Positions 30,491 through 43,430 of a stretch of 64,000 nucleotides of DNA are shown here, piece by piece (within the stretch, counting starts at the first letter, position 1; every line of letters begins with the position of its first letter). The stretch comes from the human T2T-CHM13v2.0 reference genome, Homo sapiens. Under the pieces are notes generated by a model, which did no database searches, was not told the origin of the DNA, and saw nothing but the letters and a program-made list of their open reading frames with translations. The position numbers and the translations under genes are program-made. The DNA is taken from the NCBI RefSeq assembly GCF_009914755.1, contig NC_060945.1; one strand, 5' to 3'.

Positions 30491-31095
30491 AGTATCAATA
30501 TGCTTTTGAAAATTCATCCAATAGTAGGAGTAGATATAACAAGTCCTTTTTTAAGATGAATAAACCTTTAATGGATAAAGCCATTTTCTTTACTTTCTCT
30601 TAAAAATAAAATTTATGTTGCCTCACTAATTTTACTGTGAAATAACAAGCACACAGACAAGGAAAAACTAAACAAATGAGTTTGTAGTAACTTGGGATGA
30701 GGGGCAGGTCTAAAACACGTTAAGTCTATCTCAACAGTAGGATTAAACCTCTCATTTTTCTTCCTGTAAAATATCTCCAGGGGGTCAAAATATATTAGTT
30801 ATTCAATGTTTGAAATTTAGCAAAGCAGCAAGAGTAATAATGCATTTCTTCACTTAATACAAATGACTTTTCTTTATGCAACAGATCTCTTATTCTCATA
30901 AGTATCTTTTATGGCTGAAAAGTAATTTATCAGTCCGTATCATCTAGGATGCCTTACATTTTTCAATGAAGACAGTATGTGGCTTTCTGGAAGCTAATGA
31001 AAGCCAAATTATTAAATAAGAGACAAATTATTAGATTCTCTCAAAAAAAGCATCAGGCAAAAAAAAAAAATTCCTATCAAAATCACCAAAAAATT

Positions 31096-31415
31096 GGCCA
31101 GGTGCAGTGGCTCACACCTGTTATCCCAGCACTTTGGGAGGCCTAGGTGGGTGGATCACTTGAAGTCAGGAGTTCGAGACCACCCTGGCCAATGTAGTGA
31201 AACCCTGTCTCTACTAAAAAAAAAAAAAAACAAAAACAAAAATTAGCCAGGCGTGGTGGCACATGCCTGTAAACCCAGCTATTCAGGAGGCTGAGGCATG
31301 AGAATTGCTTGAACCCGGGAGGCAGAGGTTGCAGTAAGCCAAGACACGCCACTGCACTCCAGCCTGGGTGACACAGTAAAACTCAGTCTCAAAAAAAAAA
31401 AAAAAAAAAAAAAAA
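31096..31415 (+). mobile_element. AluS, TSD aaaatcaccaaaaaa
   Basis: Alu motifs and flanking duplication. Confidence 0.92.
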
Positions 31416-32112
31416 TCACCAAAAAACAAAAGAAGTGACAATTATTCTTGTTGAATCAAATTTCTCATAAGAAAACCTTCTGACTTTGTGAAGAAAAAAA
31501 GGAACCATCTGGAAATTAAGAGATTCAAACACTGTTTGGGGTCCATCATTAATAAGACCTTAAGGAATCACTGCACTTCATTCATCAGGATCCATTAATT
31601 TACAAAACAGGCTTATTCATCTTTTCCCTTTTCCAAAATGTTTGTCCTATTTATTCCTCATCCCTGCTCATGAACCCTCCACTCCTGCTTCTGGAACCAT
31701 CTTAATCACTCCTCACTGTATCTACTGTAATCAGGATGTTTATCACAAATATGGCTTCTGTCATTACACATCCTCGTATGTGAACCCACTTCTTGTCTTC
31801 TTGTCTTTAGTTGGACAGGACAATTATAATTACATGAGCTGGTTAACAAAAACCCATGTGAATTCTTTGGGACTCTGCTTCTTGATTTTTCCCTGCGTTC
31901 ATCATCATTTAACCACAGTATCACCAGTTTCATACACTCAAGGCTTTCAAATATCCTTGGCCTGCTTTTGAAGCTAAAAACCTTTTATTTTTGAGCAACA
32001 TATGCTGATTTTTAAAAAAAATATATAATTTCAATTAAACAGCAGATCACTATAAAGTTTTAAAGATGTAACAGCCATAACATGGCTGGTTACACAAATT
32101 CACTTTACTGCA

Positions 32113-32457
<345 letters not shown>

Positions 32458-32756
32458 TCAAGCAATCTGCTTTTTGGTTTCCCTGTCCTTGGGTGAACAT
32501 AACTTCAAGCTTCCATATTAGGACCAAAATTCTTTTGCTGGCATTTGAAATCTTCCATTTCTACCCAGATTGGCAAAGCCTGTTTATTCGTTTTGCTAGC
32601 AAAGATTCTACTGAAAACTAAACCAAGTCTGTTCACAGTTCCTTGCACATAGCTGATAGCCAACTAATAGTTAATAATCAAGCCAGTGTATAAACTTGCT
32701 CAATATTAGACATCTGTGGCAAGCTGCCAGTGTGTACAACATTAAAAAATAGGTCT

Positions 32757-33118
<362 letters not shown>

Positions 33119-33419
33119 TTAAATTTTTCAATGAGCATGAATTATTTTCATTTTTCAAAAAACCAATTGAAATACACAATACATATTTAATAAATGAAAT
33201 TTTATAACATGTATTCTAAAAATTGTATCTGAGATACCATGTGCTTTTTAAATTTAGATCAAACTCATAGACAACAATCTGTCAATTTCCTGCAATAGTC
33301 TTAATTGGCCAATAAGTAATTTGTCAATAAGTGAAACATCATCTAGATTTTTAACTTTCAACTATGCAGGAAACTTACATATACCCATTGTACATCAACA
33401 TCATCACCATACATAGCAG

Positions 33420-33672
33420 CAACTAACACACAGTGCTTATGCTATGCCATCAGGTTACATATATATTAACTCACACACTGTTTCAAGCATTTAACAAAGA
33501 TATTAATTCGATCCTCAATAACTAGAAGTACTCATCCCATTTTACAAAGGAAAAAACTGAGGCACAGAAACTTGCCCATGGTCACTAGCTCAAAAGAAAC
33601 AAAGACAGAATTTATGCCCATGCATTCCTGCCCTGGTCTAAACTCTCCTGATTAGTGTGCAATGCTGCCTTC
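33420..33672 (-). mobile_element. MIR
   Basis: cccattttacaaaggaaaaaactgaggcacaga..cttgcccatggtcac core. Confidence 0.7.
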
Positions 33673-35015
33673 TCTACATACCTGAGAAACACTCAATGAC
33701 TCAGTGTTATTGGCCTAACATCACGCCTGGCATCAAATTCAACATTATAAATTGAGAACAACTCTGGTTCGTTCTACAGAGGTGACATTTTTAAAAACCT
33801 CTCATCTTCCCCATTTTAACTATCTTCTTTCGTAAGATACTGTGAGTCTCGCAAGGTTCAAGCTAAATCTCTATTGCATGTTTCTTCAACATGTAGCCAC
33901 ACAAAATAAACCTAAATAAAATGATCTCTTAGGTTTCTATTTCAGCAGATTTAATACATGTGAACCTGAGACTTCTGTGGCCCTCTCTGAATACTCAGCT
34001 AGCTAATCTACTAAGCATCCCTGTTTCATAAAGCTATTAATTGATGCACATATCCAGGCTTTTAAATTTAAATATGTGAATTTATTCCTAGAGCAATCAT
34101 TGTACTCCAGTTTTTGCCAGATTTCTACTTCTGAAGAGGTACCACTCAAGCATAATAATAATCTATAACCAAGATTAATCTAAAGAGGAAAATTTGCCAA
34201 ACTTTTTTTTCCAAAAAAAATACTAGTGTCCTCACAGTAATGATTATTTCTTAAGCCATCCACACTAAACTGAAAAAATAGTTACATAACATTTCCCCCT
34301 TTACTAAGCTTTTCACTTGCAAAATCAGCTTCAGGGTTTGAGTTCTGTCTGCTTTTCTTCTTATACAACAATAAAAAAAGAAATACATATTTTATTGATT
34401 AAACTTGCTACTCATTCTGGGGTGTGCTCATTCCTTCCCCTGCCACCTTCTGTCTTCTGTGTACAGATGAGGGTGTTATCTGTACACTGGCTGTGAGACC
34501 CACAGGGTGACAGCGTTTCCAAGGGTTTGCAAAAGACGGCATTTCCCATCCATCCCCACTCCATACATTTGCATCTGAGCTCTCACTATGAAAAGGAAAA
34601 GATTTTTTTATTTCTGTTTTCTTCAGCCCTTTTCTGTCTACAAAGCCAATCTCCTCTGTTCAACTCATCGGAACATTTATACTATTTTACAGAATAGTGT
34701 TGCCTGAATGTAGAATCACAACAAAGCCAGTTGAGATCTTTAAATTAAAAAAAGAAAAAAAAAAGATTTCATAATCAAGCATAGTCAAGTGAAACAGAGA
34801 GAGGTTGAAAACCACCAGACAAAAACAAAACACAAACAGAAAATGTGATTTTTCCCTATCCTCCTCGTTGCCACTGTTCATCTCATACTCTGCCCATCAA
34901 GATGCTACTGAAGCTCTCTGGTCCTGCATTCAGCCCCTTACCTTTGACCTCTCAACTCCTTATTTCAAATTCCCTACTCCTGTTGAGAATACCCTGCACC
35001 AGCATCTGTCACTCA

Positions 35016-35018
<3 letters not shown>

Positions 35019-35054
<36 letters not shown>

Positions 35055-35098
35055 CAGAGGGTGTGTGTGTGTGTGTGTGTGTGTCTGTCTGTCTGTCT
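35019..35098 (+). repeat. Compound (GA)n-(GT)n-(CTGT)n microsatellite
   Basis: Seen directly. Confidence 0.96.
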
Positions 35099-38000
35099 GG
35101 TAGAGGCAGAGAGGAATGTAAACAAATATTGTATATGCAGAAACTTAACCTCCAATCCCCAGACCTGGGATATAAACCTGGCTGGAAATTTACTACCAGG
35201 AAATGCTCCAGGATTATCTATGATCTCATCCCATTGTTCCTTACTTTTTAAATACAGGAAGTTTTCTCTGTAACATATTTACTCAGTATACCTAATCTGT
35301 ATTTTCCTTTTGGTATTTTAGTACATTCCACTTTGTTTTATTATCATGTGCATGTTTTATTTACCCTGCAAACTTCCTGGGAGTAAGGGGAGGGAGGAGG
35401 GAAGGGGAGGTAATGAGGTATGCAGTCGAACTAAACCTTACATTCTGGAAGCTTTAAATTTAAAATGCATCTGTACAGGTTTATCTTTACATTTGTAATT
35501 GATAGAGATTTTAAAAGAAATGTATTAATGAAAGATGCTTTGTAAGATTCTCAAGGTAATACAATTTGCAGAAACAATGTACATTTCTACTGAATTTAAT
35601 GCACTTCTCACTGATAGTTTAGTGGCCACGTGAAATGCAAGTAATAGCTATGCTTATTTCCAGAATGACTGACAACATTCATACAAATATCTGTAGAAGA
35701 CTCTAGTATGCAAAAAACAGTAACATAAAATAGAGATCCTCTAGCAACAAGACTTAACATAAAGACAACCTCTCCCATTCCTTCAAACCAATATTGTTGA
35801 TCACGTTATTTCTTTTTAATTTTTTTGAATCAGCCATTCCTCATTTAACCTCGTGAACTTGCATGTTCCTTTTCATTTCCTCAGTCAGGACCAGTATTAT
35901 TCCATCTAGTAACTTCTCCGCAGTACTAATAGCCTTGCAAATGTCGTTCAGGAGCCTCTGCTGGTTCCGGTGACAAGAGAAAAGCTTCTGCAGTCTGCCA
36001 GTTATCATGGTTTCTCATCGATTAGCAAGAACCGTGACTCCTTACAGATCACCATCAAACCTGAGCTTTACTATTCTGTGTGTCGGCTTCTACCTTTAGC
36101 GAGGTACTAGTCAGTAGCAGCAGGTTTCCATAAACTATAAATTAGCACTACCACAAAGGTAAGATGATTGTGACTAGGTTAAACCCTCAACAGAGGGAAA
36201 TAAAACTTAAGAGGAAGCTAGATTTAAAAATAAATAAATAAATAAATATTAGGGTAGTGAAACATCATATAGATTAGGGTTTGTTAAACTCACACCTCTA
36301 TCAACATACCAGCCAAAATCATCAACCCAGATAATAACCATGTTTCCCCCGATAGCCAAGGCCCCATTATCATTGCCCTTATTCATTTCTTTTCTACAGC
36401 CACCTGCAGCAGACCTATTTTCTAAGCTCTATAAAAGACAGTCAACTCGTAATTACATCTTTTCAGTGGACACAGAGAGAACCAGATAAACCACCCTCAA
36501 ACCTCAGTAGACTGAATTACCTACCCTTCTACCAACACTTCGCAAAATGGCATAATGTGAATCTCACCTCCACCCTTTAAAGGAGTTAACAATAGCTACT
36601 GAAAAGGTCCCAAAAGATGGCAGAAAGAGCATATTAATGCAATTAAACAGACCAAAAACTAAATTCGAATCTGCCTACATGCTTCCTCTTTTTATACAGA
36701 AAGAAATATTGCTCAACAAAGTTACATATTTAAGTTTTGACAAAAGCTTCAAAAATACGGTTATCATATGCTTTTAATTCCTTAAATGTATGGTTTTTAA
36801 TCTGTAGTAAGACCATTCGGGAAAACTGGAATAATTCTACAAATAAATGTAAGTAAGTCATGAGAGAAATCAGAATTCTCTTAGTTAAGTGCATTTTTTT
36901 AAAACATGGAAAACGAAATTCTTTAACTCTTAAAACAACCTGTCTTAACTAGCCCTAAGGTGATTCCTGAGCCACTTGTGGGTAAAAATCAGAAGAGAAA
37001 AAAGTTCAATGACCTTGCAAATTAGAAACTAAAAAACTAATGGTGTGATAGTCTGTACAGCCTCAGTGGAATTACAGGAAAACATCTGCCCGGAAATTGC
37101 TTTTTTTCTTTTGGAAAATTACTAGGAGGCTGGGGGAAAAGAGGGGAAAAACGGGTAAGGAAGGTTGCAAATGTTAAGATGCCAAACAGGAACCCAACCG
37201 AAGTCCGAAGTGAAATACAGCCTCCTCTGGCCCAACTGTCATGCAAACAACTTCTAAGCATCTTCAGATGTAAAGAAAAACAGTCATTGTGCACAGGCGT
37301 TAGCTGAATGTTCGAGAGTTGGATGAATGGGGAAGACTTGTTATACACCTAGTGGTGGGTGGATTTCACTAGGCTGCAGCCTCCACACAGCTTTTCTTTG
37401 CTGCACTGCAGAGGCGCCATCTTCTCCGTCTTAATCTTCACTCAATTCGATCCTTTTATCTGCACCCTAAAAAAAAGACCCTTCGGACCCTCCCCAGCAT
37501 CCTGTGCCCCCAGGGGAACTAAACCAGAGTCCCCAGAGCTGCCAGGGAAGAGGCCGCGCCTTAATCAGACAAACGCCTCCTTGGATGCACAGGACAGAGC
37601 CCGTGCCTCCCCACCATCCGCCACTGCCCTTTCCAGACGCACATCCCACTCTCCGCCTTATTTCCTCCCCGCCAAGGACTTTACAGCCCAGCACAGAATT
37701 AAGCCTCGGAGGTGATCCAAGGGTGGGAAGCAGAGGGGCCCCGAGGCTCCGCCAGAGGCCCCGGCAGCGTCTCTGCCCCCTCCCAGGCGGACGCGCAGCG
37801 CCGGGAAGGGAGCCGGGCGGGAGCCTCGGTGGCGCACTGAGACTAACGCGGCTCGGCCCACGGCGAGGGCGGGGTGTCGCGGCTTTTGTTCCCGCGGACC
37901 TTCTGCCTCTCAGACAGAGCTTAGGGTGCGAGCGAACTCCCGGGACGTCCAGACTTGGGGAAGGCGCGGGGTGGCTATGGGTCTCCGACCCCTCCCATTT

Positions 38001-38694
38001 CTCGCAAGTTACACAAAAGGGAGACGCGGACATGCACAAAGTTTGCCTGTGGAAGGCGGTGCGCGACCCCGACGCCGGCTCGGGCTAGGGTCGCACCCAG
38101 GCTGCCGCCGCCAGCAGCCGCGAAAAGAGGTTGGAGCAAGGAAGGGGGATGGGGGTGAGAGAGGAAGGTGAAACGAGGCGGAGAACGCAGGGAAAAGCGA
38201 GGGGCTCCTAGCTTCCTGGGCTGTCCCGACTCCTCCTCCTCCTCCCCAGGGCCCAAGAGAAAGGAAAGGGCAACGATTCAAGAGCGAAGGACTGGCTTTA
38301 GGGACGCTGCGTTTTCGGTTTTCCCCACGTGCTCCTTCCCCCTTCCCCCCTGTCTGAATGTCTCTCGCCTCCCCCGACCCCCGCTTCCAAGGCAGGGACT
38401 AAGTCGGGGTCTGGGCTCAGGGTCGCCCCCTACCCTTCTCGCCCCGGGCTGGCGCGGAACCAGGGAGACCAGCGCCTCGCCCGCTCCCTCTCAGCGGGCC
38501 GGAGCGCGACTCCCTGGGGCAGGGCTGGGCCGAAAGCGGGGATGCGCTGGACGTCCGCAAGCGGGGGCGGAGAGGAGAGGGGTCCCATTGACGGACCCCC
38601 GGCTTCTCTGCATTAAAGACTTGGGTTAAGGTCTTGGGGGGTATCGCGTCCCCACCGTGCAGCCTCCCCCCGCCTTCCGAGGCGCGGCACCCAC

Positions 38695-38751
38695 CTCCAG
38701 CGCCCGAGCCGTCCAGGCGGCCAGCAGGAGCAGTGCCAAACCGGGCAGCAT
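38695..38751 (-). CDS. APP: APP exon 1 coding part (signal peptide, MLPGLALLLLAAWTARALE), 57 nt, phase-0 donor
   Basis: Translation matches the APP N-terminus. ATG at 38751-38749; GAG|GTGGGT donor with GT at 38694-38693. Confidence 0.99.
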
Positions 38752-38898
38752 CGCGACCCTGCGCGGGGCACCGAGTGCGCTGCTGTGCGAGTGGGATCCG
38801 CCGCGTCCTTGCTCTGCCCGCGCCGCCACCGCCGCCGTCTCCCGGGGCCCCCGCGCACGCTCCTCCGCGTGCTCTCGCCTACCGCTGCCGAGGAAACT
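38752..38898 (-). other. APP: APP 5'UTR (147 nt from the major start AGTTTCCTCGGC)
   Basis: Matches the recalled APP mRNA leader. The CTCF site then falls at -93..-82, consistent with +1 at 38898. Confidence 0.9.
38805..38848 (-). promoter_or_regulatory. APP 5'UTR iron-responsive element region with CAGA box (CAGAGC)
   Basis: CAGAGC at 38816-38811 (+83). Region corresponds to the described atypical APP IRE. Confidence 0.65.
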
Positions 38899-38935
38899 GA
38901 CGGAGCCCGAGCGCGGCGGCGGGGCTCAGAGCCAG

Positions 38936-38950
38936 GCGAGTCAGCTGATC
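38936..38950 (-). promoter_or_regulatory. APBalpha E-box (TCAGCTGAC, USF) overlapping an AP-1-like TGACTCG
   Basis: CAGCTG at 38942-38947, about -45 from the start. Confidence 0.8.
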
Positions 38951-38979
38951 CGGCCCACCCCGCTCGGCACCCGAGAGAG

Positions 38980-38991
38980 ACCCCTAGCGGC
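38980..38991 (-). promoter_or_regulatory. APBbeta CTCF site GCCGCTAGGGGT (-93..-82)
   Basis: Exact motif at the position established for the APP promoter. Confidence 0.9.
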
Positions 38992-38999
38992 GCCGCCGG

Positions 39000-39182
39000 G
39001 GAACTGCGCCCGCTCGCGCCGGGAGGGGCCCTCGCGCCCCGCGCCCACAGGTGCAGCGCCCTTGGCGCCGCCTGCACCCCACGCGCCCCCTCCGCTCCCC
39101 GGCCGACGGCCCACCTGGGCTTCGTGAACAGTGGGAGGGAGAGTCTGGGGCCAGGAGAGGGACGGTGCAGGATCAGGGAAAG
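39000..39182 (+). ncRNA. Candidate first exon of a divergent (head-to-head) lncRNA from the APP promoter
   Basis: Consensus + strand donor AAG|GTGAGT (GT at 39183-39184), ~285 nt upstream of the APP start, inside the CpG island. Start is estimated. Confidence 0.5.
39005..39090 (-). promoter_or_regulatory. Cluster of GGGCGC GC boxes
   Basis: gcgccc repeated near 39006, 39034, 39041, 39056 and 39083 on the + strand. Confidence 0.75.
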
Positions 39183-39205
39183 GTGAGTCCTAGGACGCTG
39201 AGGCT

Positions 39206-39219
39206 CTAGAAAAGTCGAG
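39206..39219 (-). promoter_or_regulatory. Heat-shock element CTCGACTTTTCTAG (~-317)
   Basis: Sequence and position fit the described APP HSE. Confidence 0.65.
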
Positions 39220-39245
39220 AGCGCTCCTGCTCGTCCCCGTGAGCT

Positions 39246-39252
39246 TGAATCA
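39246..39252 (-). promoter_or_regulatory. Distal AP-1-like site TGATTCA (~-350)
   Basis: Motif present at the expected position. Confidence 0.6.
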
Positions 39253-40644
39253 TCCGACCCCGCAGGCCTCCCGGGGGTGTCGTATAAAGGACTGCTGCTA
39301 GGGTGCGTTTTTATCCGCATTTCGTTTTTTCTCTCGGTTTGGAGAGGTGGGGCAGGCGTTTCTGGAAGAGAATGAGAACGAGTGAAGCTTAAAGGAAATA
39401 GGATTTTCTTTGCTTGTTGAGACAGCAAAACCTCATTTTTTAACCCCCAACGTCAAAAGCAGGCACGAGCAACCTGGAATTTCTATCTTTAGAACGAACC
39501 AAAGGAGCAAGGCGCAGGACCTGGCAAAGAAGCGGCCAACCCATTTACTTCTTCTTGAAAGCAGGGTTCTGGGCTTGGGTTTTGTTTCTTTCTTATATTT
39601 TTGTTTGTTTTTGGTTTTGTTTTGTTAAAGGGGGTGGTCAGTGTGGATTTTGCGGGGCGGGGGGTCTTTTTTTGTTGTTAAGCAGGGATGTAACATCCAT
39701 CTGAGTTGGGGAAGAAGGAAAAATTAGGAGAGATCATTCGTATTCGACCCCCGTAAATGAGGACTTCTGACCTCAAACGCTGCCCTTGTTCTTCATTGTG
39801 TCTGTCCTGAATTATAGAAATGAACCTTCTGCCATGCCACTTTCTCCTGGATTAAACACAAACCGTCCACTGTCCAGTTAGTGTCCAGATAGTTTAGAAT
39901 GCTCTAGAACTGCCCAGATGTATCCCCTGCTCTTGACCTGAAGTAGCATTTAGTTACCAAGCCACAGCCCACTCCACACAGGGCTTGGAGCGAAGGACTG
40001 AAGCCAGGGAGTGCTCTGGCCCTTCTGAGGGCTGCACTGCAGCCTGCCTTCTCTCCCCTGCTCATTGCGCTGACAAGGGTGCCTAGGCCCGGGAAGGATG
40101 GCTCAGCCAGCGGGGTACAGACTTCCTTCCTGGGAAGTCATTTCTGTACCAGCTCCCCTAAATGTTGTCTTGTGTGTCTTTTCCCGCACTAGGCATTCAG
40201 TCTTGACTCTTGGATTACTTTTGCCCCTGAATGTCCTTTGGATGTCCTCAACAAATAAGGACAAATATTTATTGTCATGCAGTATTTGTTTATACGCTTC
40301 ATGTCATTTACTTCCTACAAAAGCCAAAGAGGCTGTTACTATTATTCCTATTTATACATCAGGAAAATGAAGCTAATGAACTCCCAAATCTAATAGCAAG
40401 TAAGTGACATGAAGCTGGGACAGCAGGGAAAAGCCTAAAGTGACAGGACAAACCCAGTTGTTCACTTTCTGCACCACATTTACCCACCGCAATTCCGTAT
40501 TTGTTCCGGGTCTGCATGAGCAAATAAGGCAAAAAAGAAGGTATCTGAATGCAAAGAGAAACGTGGTCCAAAGCTACAAATCTTGCAGAGTCCACTGCAA
40601 AATGCAAACGTGAGACCCTTTGTTACATTATTAAGAATTTTAAG

Positions 40645-40949
<305 letters not shown>

Positions 40950-41094
40950 TTAAGAATTTTAAGATGGCAATGGCAGAGCGTTAAACCAAGCATGGGGCTC
41001 CTCCCACCGCAGGGCCTGTGAGACTCTCCAGGGTTGCATGCCCATGAAGCCAGCCCTGGGAAGGAGGAGGCAACTTTAAGAGTGAGGGACTTTT

Positions 41095-41609
<515 letters not shown>

Positions 41610-42375
41610 CTAGCTCTGTTCTGCATTTAATGCCATTTCCTGCCCTGAGGTGTCTTGCAGATCCTCCAAGCAGAAAACGCAGGAACATCCCTAGTTATAA
41701 CCCTACAAAGTTGGGGAAGGAACCAACAACCACTTGTCTGCTGGAATTCCTACAACAGCATCCCCATCCTAGTTTCAAGTGTCTCCATTTGTGAGATATT
41801 CACTGGCTCTCCAGACTGTGCATTCTATCTTTGGGCATTTCTGGTTACTAGAATGTTCTTATCCCATTTAAAGCTCACATCCCCCGCCTTTAAACTCCCA
41901 CTCAGATATCCTTGTATCCCCAGTGACCAAGCAGAATAATTCTTTTCCACACTTCAGATCTTTACAAATTTGCCAGCGGTTTTCATGCTACTTCTTCCTC
42001 TAGAGTCTTCTCTTCACAAGGTAAAACAGGCACTTCCTTCAACAGTTGCATAATGGCATGGTTTCTGGTTCCTTCCACACCTTGGCCATTCTCTAAATGT
42101 GTTCTGGCTTGTCTGTGTCTTTTTACAGTACTCGAAGTGTGCTCTGACTGCTGCAACATGGGAGATGTTGCCCACTACTCTGCCTGGAGCCTCATGTTGC
42201 ATTTGACTGTTTTAGTAACCGCATCCCACTGCAGACTCCAATTGGTCCAGATACCCCATTTCTATTTTATGCATAGTCTGCTGGGCCGCGTTTCTGTCGT
42301 CTTGTGTTTAGGCTGTTATCTGTGCCCTATAAATATCACCAAAAGCAATCGTTAAGTCTGAGCCAGATGAACCCT

Positions 42376-42735
42376 GCAGGGCTGCCATAACTTACCATAG
42401 ACTGGATGGATCAAACACCAGAAATGTATTTCCTCACATTTCAGGAGGCTGGAAGTCTGAAATCGAGGTGTTGGCTGAGTTGGTTACTTCTGAGGCCTCT
42501 CTCCTTGGCTTGCAGATGGCCACCTTCTCCCTGTATTCTCACATGGTCTTCCCTCTGTGTCTTACTGTGCCCTAATCTCCTCTTGTTATAAGGACAGCAG
42601 ATATTGGGTTAGGATCCATGCTAATGACCTCATTTAACCTTAATTACATCTTTGACCCTATCTCCAAATATGGTCACATTTTGAGACACTGTCGGGTTAG
42701 GACTTCAACATATGAATTTGGGGGTGGGGGTACAT
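42376..42735 (-). mobile_element. MLT1 MaLR LTR
   Basis: gggctgccataac...ggttaggacttcaacatatgaatttgggg. Confidence 0.8.
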
Positions 42736-43046
42736 AATATGTCCTTCTTTAGAACAGCTAAGACTTATTCTATAATCCTGTCACTCATCTTTGGCCTTTA
42801 TTTCCAGTGACCTTTCTTTCATTTTCAGTCTGAAGATCATTCAACTCAACAGAAAAAAAAAAAATAGAAATGGAAGAGATCTACTTTCTGTCTGTCCTGC
42901 ATCAGCATTGCATCATGATCCCCATGCAGCTGGCTTACCCCTCCCGCAATCATCAGGCTCTGAAAAGAAAGAAAATGACCTTTTATACTTTCCTTTAGAA
43001 AATTTTGTCAAAGCTTAAACATTGACATTTAATGACATTTAAAATC

Positions 43047-43430
43047 TGTATTAGTTTACTAGAGCTGCCATAACAAAATATCACAGACTGGGTGGCTTAA
43101 ACCAAGAAATTTATTTTCTCACAGTTCCAGAAAAGTCTAAGATCAAGATGCAGATAGGATTGGAATCCTCAGAGGTCTCCTTGGCTTGCAGATGGCTGCA
43201 CCCTTGCTAAGTCCTCACACGTTCTTTCCTCTGCACAGGTACCTCTGGTATTTCTGTGTGTCCTAATCTCCTCCTCTTACAAGAATACCAGCCAGATTAT
43301 ATTAGGGCCCACGCCAGTGGCCTTAATTTAATTAGCTCTTCAAAGGCCCTACCCAAATACAGTCATGTTCTAAGGTACTGGGGGTTAGGGCTTCAACATA
43401 TGAATTTTGGGGGAACATAAGTCTATAACC
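43047..43430 (-). mobile_element. MLT1 MaLR LTR
   Basis: tgtattagtttactagagctgccataacaaaatatcacagactgggtggcttaa... Confidence 0.82.

Larger units (their letters stand above)
39115..39258 (-). other. APP: Candidate upstream non-coding alternative first exon of APP
   Basis: CCCAG|GTGGGC donor (GT at 39114-39113). Consistent with a recalled variant starting ~0.3 kb upstream; the 5' boundary is uncertain. Confidence 0.55.
37540..39330. promoter_or_regulatory. CpG island covering the APP promoter, exon 1 and the start of intron 1
   Basis: Very GC-rich with abundant CpG, against an AT-rich, CpG-depleted background. Confidence 0.95.

Noticed and set aside
38626-38694. Read-through of exon 1 into the intron (…ALEVGAAPRKAGGG…RP*)
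   Set aside because: Merely the frame continuing past a valid donor; nothing supports a retained-intron product.
38613-39428. 271-aa - strand ORF and other long ORFs across 37467-39186
   Set aside because: Expected from stop-codon scarcity in a CpG island; low-complexity R/G/P/A composition, mostly non-ATG starts, no recognisable domain.
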